Origin: Nemertoderma westbladi
Lineage: Eukaryota; Animalia; Xenacoelomorpha
Assembly (NCBI GenBank): GCA_032718475.1
Contig: JAUCBJ010001891.1
Span: 1 to 49,741 of the forward strand
Direction: 5' to 3'
Length of the DNA stretch: 49,741 bases
Position numbers and translations under genes: made by a program. This document shows positions 36,958 through 46,790 of the stretch, one piece after another. Below the pieces are notes generated by a model. The model searched no databases and had not been told where the DNA came from. It was given only the letters and a program-made list of their open reading frames with translations. Within the stretch, counting starts at the first letter, position 1. Every line of letters begins with the position of its first letter.

Positions 36958-37830
36958 ACATTGATTGGTAACATCAATAACAACAGCTACATTATATTGA
37001 TTGGCAATGTCTATAACAGCAGCCTCTCCACCGGTTGATTGGTAACATCTATAAGAACAGCTGCATTACATTGATTGGCAATGTCTATAACAGCAGCCCC
37101 TCTACCTTGATTGGTATCGTCTATAACAACAGCTACATTACATTGATTGCCAATGTCTATAACAGCAGCCTCTCCACCGGTTGATTGGTAACATCTGTAA
37201 CAACAGCTACATCACATTGATTGGCAATGTCTATAACAGCAGCCTCTCCACTGGTTGATTGGTAACATCTGTAACAACAGCTACATTACATTGATTGGCA
37301 ATGTCTATAACAGCAGCCTCTCCACCGGTTGATTGGTAACATCTATAACAACAGCTACATTACATTGATTGGCAATGTCTATAACAGCAGCCTCTCCACC
37401 GGTTGATTGGTAACATCTGTAACAACAGCAACATCACATTGATTGGCAATGTCTATAACAGCAGCCCCTCCACCGGTTGATTGGTAACATCTGTAACAAC
37501 AGCTACATTACATTGATTGGTAACATCTATAACAACAGCTACATCACATTGATTGGCAATGTCTATAACAGCAGCCTCTCCACCTGTTGATTGGTAACAT
37601 CTATAACAACAGCTACATTACATTGATTGGCAATGTCTATAACAGCAGCCTCTCCACCGGTTGATTGGTAACATCTATAACAACAGCTACATTACATTGA
37701 TTGGCAATGTCTATAACAGCAGCCTCTCCACCGGTTGATTGGTATCGTCTATAACCCCAGCAGCCTCTCCACCTTGATTAGTATTATCTATATCAGCAAC
37801 TTCATCAGGTTGATCGGTAATGTCTACAAT
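36958..37830. repeat. 36+38-bp (74-bp higher-order) repeat overlapping the 3' end of Roco copy C
   Basis: Alternating ttgattggtaacatctataacaacagctacattaca and ttgattggcaatgtctataacagcagcctctccaccgg. Diverged in-frame units encode the last ~40 aa. Confidence 0.92.
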
Positions 37831-40800
37831 ATCCGCATCATAACCTTTGGTAGCTTCCTCTAGAGTATCAGCTAAATGATGTTGGTTGGTGACCTTGAGA
37901 CATGTACAAAAAGATAGAAAATCCTTGTAAGATCTTTTCATTACTGCGTTTATAAGTACAACATTTTTATCATCTATCGATTCTTTACATTCGATTATTT
38001 CTATGATAGATTTACTTATAACTTGTCTGCTAACAAGAAGCTGTGCGACAAGTTTAGTTTGTTCTAAATTATTCATTAACATATATTTATACTTTGTTAG
38101 AATATCAGGGAACATTTGGTCTTCCTTTTTGATTTTTCCGTGCAAAATTTCAACCAAAAGCGGTTGATTGGTTACATATAATGCTTCAATAAATAGTTTG
38201 TAATTAATTTCTGATCCCCATCTAATTGACTCCAACAAAATCTTATTCTTACTCAACAAATTCGACTTAGATTCAATAACAGCTAAAACTTCCTTTGATA
38301 TAGCCCCCTTACTTGCTAAGTATACAAGTAATTTTGAGATTTCCATTCTATCAATAAGGTCGTCTCGGTTAGTTGTAATGTTTAACCAATGTGAGCTAAA
38401 TCTCCCAACAACAGGGAATTTTCCACTAATATATCGACTTCTAACAGAGTTATTAAATTGACATTCAAGAAAATCATTTGATAGAATATCAGCCAGTTTT
38501 ACAAAGTGAAAACATCCTTCTTCATTGCAGTCAAGTAATCTATGTTGATCGCATTTAGCATTACATTCACATTTTATTTCGAACTCAAATGAAATATTTT
38601 TAAATCTCATTTGGGTAATAATTTCCTTCAATGAAGTATTAATAAAATGATTTACTTTATTCACAATATCCGGATCTGGTGCAAGTTTTCTTTCAGTTTG
38701 TTCATCGCCCGAACTCAACATCTCAGATCTAATTACCTGAACTTTAATCCAATTTAATGAAATAGAAGATCTTTCCAAAATTACCTGATGATTAAAATCT
38801 AAAAATATTTGAGCAACTCTGTGGTAAAGTTTAGGTTGAATTACTCTATTACCTACAATGTAGGACAAATCAATAGTTCTCTTAATTAAACGGTAGTACA
38901 ATCCTTGCGGTAAGAAACTCTTGAATATAATATAAAATTCAACTTTACATTGTCTTGGTGTGAATGGAGTATATCTAACAGATTTAAGGCGGCAAGGTAC
39001 ATAATAAGCCAACTTTACATCATCTTGCAATGTTCTTTCGGTTCTTGGTAAAACTCGTTCACATAATAAATCAAAACGTTCTAGAATATTCAACATAAAT
39101 TGTTTTTTATCAAGAACGCCTTCCCACAGATAATTAAGGAGTTCTTCATGTAATATACCATTGTTATCCAGGTCCTTCCAGAAAGTAAAATGTTGTTTCT
39201 TTATTTTGTCTTTAACAGTTATTATTTTGGTAAACATTCCACTCAACCATTCTGGGCTCAGTATAACAGTATCCCTTAGAGATTCATCGTCAAAGTAAAT
39301 TATTCTACCCAAATCGTGGTAAAATTCTAACATGGTTTTCAAACCAATGTTATCCATTTCTACATCAATATCCTTTAATTTAATTTCTAGCAAGTCAATG
39401 TCAATATAAACTTTACCATCCATGATTAATTGAGACACAAGTTGGTCAAATTTTAGATATTGCAAAGGTATTTCCTCCTTAAAATTTACCATTTCCTTGA
39501 CAATATCGGCCTGTAAATTTTCAAGTCCTTTCTCTCCACTATTTATAATCGCTATATTATTCTCTATAGCAATGTAATCTTTAATTAGATTATCTGTATA
39601 TGAAGATTTACCCAAATGGGTCTTAATCCTTTCAAATATTTTACTTGCTATTACAGATTGAGTATCAGGATCAGCATGTAAGCTGCCTTTATGAGTTCCA
39701 ACTACAAAAACAGGTGGACAAGAATTTACTTCTAGTTTTGTACCAAATGAATAAATATTTTTTAACCAAAATTCAATAAACTCAATATTCTTAATCTCAC
39801 CGAAAACAAACTCATTAATATTGTTTTCATCAGATCTGAAAATAATATCTGGAGTTTTTTCAAGATTTTCCAAGAGATTAAATACAATTATATAAATAGC
39901 TCGTCTACTCAAAAATATCTGATGGGTTGTGTAATAAATACATTGGCCACCAAAATCGACTATCTGTAGAGAAAAGCGACTGTCTTCCTCATTAAATTTA
40001 GCTAGAATATCTTGAGGTTTACCAGATAACAATATATCCTCTACTCCCTTTGTGATGTTGTCAGGAATATCATTTTCCATAGCTTCCCTTATGGGTTGCC
40101 TAGAAAGATTTTCTTCAATAGGTTTACTTTCATTCTCAGCAGTTAATAAAGTTGTACTAGATTTTTTAGTTATTTTACTTCTATTATATTTTGACTTTAA
40201 ACCAGGTAATACTGAAACTACCCGCCTCCACAAACTATCCTTTTGAACTTTCTCAGCACCATAACTTGAAGTTGAAGTAGCAATCTTATGTTGATCATCA
40301 GTAGAAGATGAAGATGTTGCAACTGAGGGTGTCGCAATACCAATACCCATTGCTGAAGTTCCAGAAATATCAGACTCATCACCTGCAACTTGTTTTCTTT
40401 CTAGAACTGTTTTTGCAATTTCCTTAGTAATGACGACATCAACAGCTGTCTCAGGCCCTTCTTTCATGTTGGTCCAATCTGTGTTTTGTCCGGTATTTAT
40501 AATACAGTTAGCAGATGAGTCAATACCATCAGTTATTGGTTCATTTATATCAAACGGTTGACCAATAAGGGACTTCTTCAAACTAGTTTTACCAGCCCTC
40601 TCTTGTCCCACTAACATTAACCGGGTTTTCAGTATCCATGTAGTCCCTTTAGAAAGAGCTGCTTTATAAGCAGCCAATGCTTCTGGGCCTCTCGCCAGTA
40701 TCTCTATTGGCAGTTTTTGTTCTTTTATATAATTAATTAAAATTTTTGGAAGTTTCAGTGTATTTGATCCACTTATATTCATAATCATAAGTCCCATGTC

Positions 40801-41181
40801 TCTGAATTTATTAACAATTTCTATTGTTGAAACTTCATCTAAACCCCAAATACTAACCAGATTCTGGGTTGTTAACTCAGAAATATCTGCATCCAGTCTA
40901 AAGTAAAGTTCTTTCTCTTTATCTGAAAGAACATCAACAGTAGATATAATTATATTAGTTATCTTACCCTGGAGTGGTTTATTTATGGGACCAACCCATC
41001 CAATATACTCAACAATTTCCTTTAATTCTTCAGCTTTCTTCAATATACTTTCCACCTGTTTGATACTTTTCTTTCTTTCAGTTTGATCTTTACTGAACGT
41101 ATCAATTATTCTAATTGTGCCGCCCTCATCTCCTGTATAAAGTATAATTATCGTTAAGCTGTCTTTCCACTGAGTTGACAT
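37711..41181 (-). CDS. Roco copy C, intact: APAF-1-like winged helix-ROC GTPase-COR-Cys/His motif-2xCARD-acidic repeat tail (1156 aa)
   Basis: Uninterrupted ORF. G1 RLMLVGQERAGKTSL, G2 TDGI, G3 IVDFGGQ, G4 VVGTHK, G5 IENN; COR LEFYHDLGRIIYF..VILSPEWL..YYVPCRL; two CARD-like repeats ending ALYVTNQPLLVEIL and CLKVTNQHHLADTL. Confidence 0.92.
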   Translation of the reverse strand: MSTQWKDSLTIIILYTGDEGGTIRIIDTFSKDQTERKKSIKQVESILKKAEELKEIVEYIGWVGPINKPLQGKITNIIISTVDVLSDKEKELYFRLDADISELTTQNLVSIWGLDEVSTIEIVNKFRDMGLMIMNISGSNTLKLPKILINYIKEQKLPIEILARGPEALAAYKAALSKGTTWILKTRLMLVGQERAGKTSLKKSLIGQPFDINEPITDGIDSSANCIINTGQNTDWTNMKEGPETAVDVVITKEIAKTVLERKQVAGDESDISGTSAMGIGIATPSVATSSSSTDDQHKIATSTSSYGAEKVQKDSLWRRVVSVLPGLKSKYNRSKITKKSSTTLLTAENESKPIEENLSRQPIREAMENDIPDNITKGVEDILLSGKPQDILAKFNEEDSRFSLQIVDFGGQCIYYTTHQIFLSRRAIYIIVFNLLENLEKTPDIIFRSDENNINEFVFGEIKNIEFIEFWLKNIYSFGTKLEVNSCPPVFVVGTHKGSLHADPDTQSVIASKIFERIKTHLGKSSYTDNLIKDYIAIENNIAIINSGEKGLENLQADIVKEMVNFKEEIPLQYLKFDQLVSQLIMDGKVYIDIDLLEIKLKDIDVEMDNIGLKTMLEFYHDLGRIIYFDDESLRDTVILSPEWLSGMFTKIITVKDKIKKQHFTFWKDLDNNGILHEELLNYLWEGVLDKKQFMLNILERFDLLCERVLPRTERTLQDDVKLAYYVPCRLKSVRYTPFTPRQCKVEFYIIFKSFLPQGLYYRLIKRTIDLSYIVGNRVIQPKLYHRVAQIFLDFNHQVILERSSISLNWIKVQVIRSEMLSSGDEQTERKLAPDPDIVNKVNHFINTSLKEIITQMRFKNISFEFEIKCECNAKCDQHRLLDCNEEGCFHFVKLADILSNDFLECQFNNSVRSRYISGKFPVVGRFSSHWLNITTNRDDLIDRMEISKLLVYLASKGAISKEVLAVIESKSNLLSKNKILLESIRWGSEINYKLFIEALYVTNQPLLVEILHGKIKKEDQMFPDILTKYKYMLMNNLEQTKLVAQLLVSRQVISKSIIEIIECKESIDDKNVVLINAVMKRSYKDFLSFCTCLKVTNQHHLADTLEEATKGYDADIVDITDQPDEVADIDNTNQGGEAAGVIDDTNQPVERLLL

Positions 41182-41182
41182 C

Positions 41183-41535
41183 CAATATTACGATGAAAAA
41201 TTCTGGGTTGGAGCAAGTTAAATATTATTAATCAAATTACAAATATAATTATAAATATATTTCGTTAGGCTCTCCAGTATGCACCTACGGTCCCTATACG
41301 TTTCCCTGCCTATGTCTTCTGTTTTTTGGTTACAACATTTATTCTGTTTTTAGTGCAATTTTCAACAGATATCAAGTCGTTCATTACGTTAGTCAATTCT
41401 GCAATTTATATTAGAATTTGTACTTTATTGATAAAGATAGCGCTGAGCTACCGAAATATATATGTAATTATATTTGACATTTGATTAATAATATTTAACT
41501 TGCTCCAACCCTGAATTATTCATCGAATATAACTG
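41183..41535. mobile_element. MITE inserted at the apparent start codon of Roco C
   Basis: 47-bp inverted repeats with 2 mismatches (cgatgaaaaattctgggttggagcaagttaaatattattaatcaaat at 41191 and its complement ending 41525). Flanking direct repeat tgacatc at 41176-41182 and 41534-41540. Confidence 0.8.
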
Positions 41536-41589
41536 ACATCTCAAACTTTCTTATAGTTAATCCAAAATTACGCATTATAGCAAGGATAA

Positions 41590-41808
41590 ACGGACAATAG
41601 GCAGGACAATAGGTGGGACAATAGGCTGGACAATAGGCGGGACATTAGGCCAGACAATAGGTGGGACAATAGGCGGGATAATAGGCGGGACAATAGGCGA
41701 GACAATTAATAGGCAGGACAATATGCGGGGCAATAGGCGAGACAATAGGCGGAACAATAGGCGGGACAATAGGCGGGACAATAGGCGGGACAATAGGCCG
41801 GACAATAG
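41590..41808. repeat. 12-bp minisatellite (aataggcgggac)n upstream of Roco C
   Basis: About 18 imperfect units, the same unit as 18184-18444. Confidence 0.93.
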
Positions 41809-41960
41809 GATGGTTACAATTATAAAAATATGTTTTTTGCAATATTTCTGAGCCGAAGTATGAAGCTGAAATACAATATCTCACTGATACTGTATACTGT
41901 TAATATAAACAACAACCCGCGATACTGTATATACTGTTAATATAAACAACTACCCGCGAT

Positions 41961-42891
41961 GGTGTTCGGACACTTCCCCCCCGGACACTTCCCCCCCGGA
42001 CAGTTCCCCCCCCGCTCAAGTAGGACACTTCCCCCCCGGACACTTCCCCCCCGGATACTTCCCCCCAGACACTTCCCCCCCGCGGACACTCCCCCCCCCC
42101 CCCCCGACTGTTCTTAACTTCGCACATTCGTATTTTTCATTTTGTAAGGTAAACGGACCGCTTGTATCCAGATAAGTTGTATCCAATTTTCCTTTGGTAG
42201 CTCAGAAAGTGATCTTTTGCATCCCGATTTTACATTTTATATCCAAGTTTTATTGATGGGTTTTATCAAGGCAATTCCATCGTATTGTTTGCTAATCTTT
42301 AAACAATTAATTATAGTAGATGACCTATAAATTCCATCCCCCGAATAATATACTGTTTTTATTAACTATAGAATTATAATAATTAATTGTTTTAATTATA
42401 GGTATTTTTATGTAATAGTCTTCTTCAAATTGTAGCAGATGGGGATGAATATTATTGATGCAATCAAAATTATACCTCTCCAGGGTAAAATCGACATGCA
42501 TCGACCTGTATTCTGTGTTCAGCATTACATATTGATATACATATTACTACTATACATACTATATATATATTATACACACAACATATCAAATTTCCTGGTT
42601 ACTTGCAATATTTTTAATAGGATTTTGTTGAATTATATAATATTGTAGTAATTTATATATTAAATTGGTTAACATTCAATACAACTCCTACTTTAGGCTT
42701 AGTCAATTTATTATCTGATGATACAATTTTAATTTTAACACTTTAACTGGGGGGGAAGTGTCCGGGGGGCAAGTGTCCGGGGGGGGGGGGGGTGAAGTGT
42801 CCGGGGGGAAGTGTCCTACTTGGGCGGAGGGGAAGTGTCCGGGGGGAAGTGTCCGGGGGGGAAGTGTCCGGGGGGGAAGTGTCCTAGATCC
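41961..42891. mobile_element. Non-autonomous Mutator-like (foldback/Rehavkus-type) element
   Basis: GG...CC ends, inverted subterminal arrays (cggacacttcccccc)n and (ggggggaagtgtccg)n, and a 9-bp flanking repeat acccgcgat (41952-41960, 42892-42900). Confidence 0.8.
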
Positions 42892-43148
42892 ACCCGCGAT
42901 ACTGTATACTGGTAATATAAACAACTACCCGCGATACTGTATACTGTTAATATAAACAACTACCCGCGATACTGTATATACTGTTAATATAAACAACTAC
43001 CCGCGATACTGAATACTGTTAATATAAACAACTACCCGCGATACTGTATACTGTTAATATAAACAACTACCCGCGATACTGTATACTGTTAATATAAACA
43101 ACTACCCGCGATACTGTATACTGTTAATATAAACAACTACCCGCGATA

Positions 43149-43538
43149 GTAGGGTAATACAGTTTCTGTGTGAAACTGTACTGTTGTGGGGCGTAGCGTT
43201 TTTCTCGCGTGCTGAGTATTTCACCGTCCAATTTTTCAGGCTTATATCAGAATGGGCCCTTTTTTCCACAACCATCTTCAATTTGTACTACTGGGACAAT
43301 CTATAAGTTCACTTGTCTGTCTCAATAGTACACCATCCAAAAACAAGAGACTTAGTTTACTTTACTTTACTTAGTTTACTTTACTTTACTTAGTTTACTT
43401 TACTTTACTTAGTTTACCTTATATGTTTCCCATTTTTGTGTTATATACCGGTATAATATTAGGTTTTCTATTATATAAATATGATATAACATAATAATTA
43501 ATTATAGGCTGGACGGGCCACACAACCGTTCCGAAATA

Positions 43539-43570
<32 letters not shown>
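43149..43570 (+). mobile_element. Unclassified insertion with a 5' hairpin and a 3' poly(A)
   Basis: Interrupts the 35-bp array. Stem-loop tacagtttc-tgtgt-gaaactgta at its start, (cttagtttactttacttta) repeats inside, and ~30 A at 43541-43570. Confidence 0.5.
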
Positions 43571-43573
<3 letters not shown>

Positions 43574-44046
43574 GGTATACTGTTAATATAAACAACTACC
43601 CGCGATACTGTATACTGTTAATATAAACAACTACCCATGATACTGTATACTGTTAATATAAACAACTACCCGCGATACTGTATACTGTTAATATAAACAA
43701 CTACCCGCGATACTGTATACTGTTAATATAAACAACTACCCGCGATACTGTATACTGTTAATATAAACAACTACCCGCGATACTGTATACTGTTAATATA
43801 AACAACTACCCGCGAGATGTGGTCGAGAATAGTCTCCAACACTCCGCCAGCTCCAACAGTAGCTCCCAAACCTACTGACGATACTTATTGTGTTATACGA
43901 TTTGTACCAACAGTCTCCAAAGCTATAAAAACAATCCTTGATCAGATTGGATTGCACACATTTAATTTCGAACGTAGGACTCGGTCAAATATATTGGACC
44001 AGACGAACTACCAATTTAAACTTCGGTCTAATAGCAGTCAATAGTG

Positions 44047-44502
44047 CTGGTTTACAAGGCTGAGATACTGTAACTCCCTCTTGAAATGACTCCCCAATCG
44101 TCTCAGCCTAGGCTGAGAACACTCCCCACCCCCAGTTATCGTAGTCTAGGCTTAGAACACCCCCGTTAGGCTGAGATGACTCCCTTTAGGCTGAGATGAT
44201 TCCCCTTAGGCTGAGATGACTCCCCTTAGGCTGAGATGACTCCCCTTAGGCTGAGATGACTCCCCTAATTGAGTTATTATTCATATCCGTACCTGTGCTA
44301 TTTTCGTATATTGCAAAAATTAAACTGTTACCTATGTTAATGAGTTGTCGTTTATTGTTTTGGTTAGAAAAGCCTGCCACTGTAACCTGCTCCTTTCCGT
44401 TAATTAAGAAATCTAGGAAGAAAACTGGGGGTGTTCTCCGCCTAGACTGAGAAGACTGGGGAGTCATATTTGGTGGGGAGTTATCTCAGCCTGTTACATC
44501 GG
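44047..44502. mobile_element. MITE with ~75-bp imperfect terminal inverted repeats and internal 20-bp repeats (ttaggctgagatgactcccc)
   Basis: Left aggctgagata..actccc..atgactcccca..tctcagcctagg matches the complement of the right end, cctagactgagaagactggggagtcat..gagttatctcagcctgttacatcgg. Confidence 0.7.
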
Positions 44503-44518
44503 ACGAACTACCAATTAA

Positions 44519-45244
44519 GGGGGGGGGGGGGGGGGGGGGGTACAGCATTTTCGGACAACTCTTCGATTTATCACTCTCAGCGTTTCAAAATTGTTTGGTT
44601 TTGGCTAAAATTTGGCATATAGGTGCCTAAGATGCTATTCTACATGACAGGTCAAAAAAATTTTTTTCGCTATTTAATATTAGTTAATACTAGTTAACAA
44701 CAAAAAAAACTTGGTTGCGCTTAAAACCCTAACACTTTTACAGGCAATCTAATCACATGAAAGTTTTTTGATGTGATAGATCAAAGATGGGGCAACATAA
44801 CTATCAGGCGAAATTTTGTGAAAATAATTCTGCACCGCTAGGTGGCGCTGCAAATTTATGCAAATTTTTAGGTTTGTTATAAATAGTATTAAATTTTATT
44901 AACAAATAATTTCGCAAAGTTGTCTGATGCAGCTGTTTTATGCAGGGTGGCTATGTAGACACCCACAGGAAGTTTCAGACTAATTGCTCAAAAATTGTAG
45001 AAGTAGTAGCGTTTTGAAGTTGACAATTTCATAAAAAAAATATTTGGAGATAATCGACCTTTCAGTATACATAGTAATAGTAATTTCAATAGGAATTCCT
45101 AAATGGAAATTGTTATAACTTGAAAACTAAAAGAGCTATGAAATAGCGGTTATCAGATTTGGAAACACCATTCAATGGTGCATTATATTAATAGACCATA
45201 AAAAAATTTCGACATATTTTGGACCAAAATGGTGTATCCCCCCC
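44519..45244. mobile_element. Non-autonomous Kolobok-like DNA transposon
   Basis: TTAA at 44515-44518 and 45245-45248. Purine start and pyrimidine end, gggggtacagcatttt versus aaaatggtgtatcccccc. Confidence 0.7.
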
Positions 45245-46174
45245 TTAAATTTTTTTTACAAAGTTTAAGTTGACTCGTTTTGAAACTGTTTCGAAAATTT
45301 CAACAAATTTGCTCCGATTTAAAGAGGGTTGGGAAAGAAGGTTAAACTCATGCATGCAATATGTAAAATAGACTGTAATGCCTGAACTGACCATAATTAC
45401 ATTGGAAAACTTAAACGAAAACATGTAAAACGCCACAACGAACATTATTTATGGAGAGTGTTAGAGTTTTTACTGACAGTGTTGGTGGTGGGCTTAAAAT
45501 TTGAATGTAAATAATGGTAATTGGTAAATAAAATGTATCGATTTATAGTTTTAAGCGGTCTTATATAATGGCTATAAACGTTGTGGAATAACACAACACT
45601 GTATCGACAATGGCCACTTATTCGACGAATATAACGTGTCAGTTCTAGACTCCCATATATAGATCCAACCGATTTGGCAACTCACGAAACTATTCAAATA
45701 CGAACTAATTTATATACATATATTTTTATAATAATTTATTTTACCAGGAATAAAACGACATTAAAAATTATACTTTCTTTGATGAGTGACACTTATATAC
45801 TTATATGAACTTACATTACTATTTTTCCACACTCACTGTTCTGTACACTCGTAATTTTTGAAAAAGACACTTACTCTGCTATAAACAGTACAATAATTCC
45901 ACACTTATTGTAACATGAGAAAACCTACCAAATCCAATGATACATTTCTCTGTTTGTGGGAAAGTTGTTTGTTTGTGGTGGTGGGAAATTTCAAAAAGGT
46001 CAGAGTATCATATTCTGTATCAATACCGGTCTAAATACAATAGTGTCAAGTTGTTCCAAACAGTATTCCATACAGTATGAGTCAAAAATCATCTCCCTAC
46101 TGCACGAGAATTTAACTCGCAGAAATAAGCTGTTTCCTTATTAAAAATTGTATTAGTTCAACTCAGAGAAGAGG

Positions 46175-46790
46175 ACCCCATGTAACCGGAATTTTCAATT
46201 TTACATTTAAATTTTTACGTTAACGTTTTATAAAAGTGTCTTTTACGAAATTGTTGCCTTCGTTTTGCTGCCATTTTTCTCATCAATAGTGATTTATTTT
46301 TTATATATTTGAAAGCTTGCATTGTGAGGATTCCAAATATGCATCAATGTCTAAATTTCGTTGATAAACAAATGAGATATGGGCGTTCTAAGATTGCAAG
46401 AATTATCTTTCATTATGATATACCAGTTATTTATGTGTGTAGCTATGCATACATAAATATAATAATATATAATAAATAGGATAAATAAATAGGATTTTTA
46501 TCATAAAAATGATAAAAATAATAACCCGTTCTAGAATGTTGTGTTTATATTAATTATAATAAATGACTTCCAGCGAATGATAATTTATCACAATCTTTGA
46601 ACGCCAGTATTATATCTCAGCTGTTTCTCAACGAAACTCAAAATATATTTATATTTGGAATCCTTACAACTCATGCTTTCTAATAATATGCCATTGTGGC
46701 TAATAATATGATGCAATGATGCAATGAGGGCGATATCGCAAACGTTAAAAGTCTATAAATTCAAAAAAGAAAATTCTATGTAGCTCCATG
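46175..46790. mobile_element. Old degenerate MITE-like inverted-repeat element
   Basis: gaaagcttgcattgtgaggattccaaatat (~46311) versus atatttggaatccttacaactcatgctttc (~46651). The outer arms match only weakly. Confidence 0.4.

Larger units (their letters stand above)
41887..43815. repeat. 35-bp minisatellite interrupted by two insertions
   Basis: Unit actgtatactgttaatataaacaactacccgcgat in blocks 41887-41960, 42892-43148 and 43571-43815. Confidence 0.93.

Noticed and set aside
37711-41181. Naming copy C as LRRK2, DAPK1 or MFHAS1
   Set aside because: It lacks the kinase, LRR and ankyrin domains that define those genes; only ROC-COR is shared.
41900-42955. Gly- or Pro-rich short ORFs
   Set aside because: Translations of the foldback element's G/C-run subterminal repeats.
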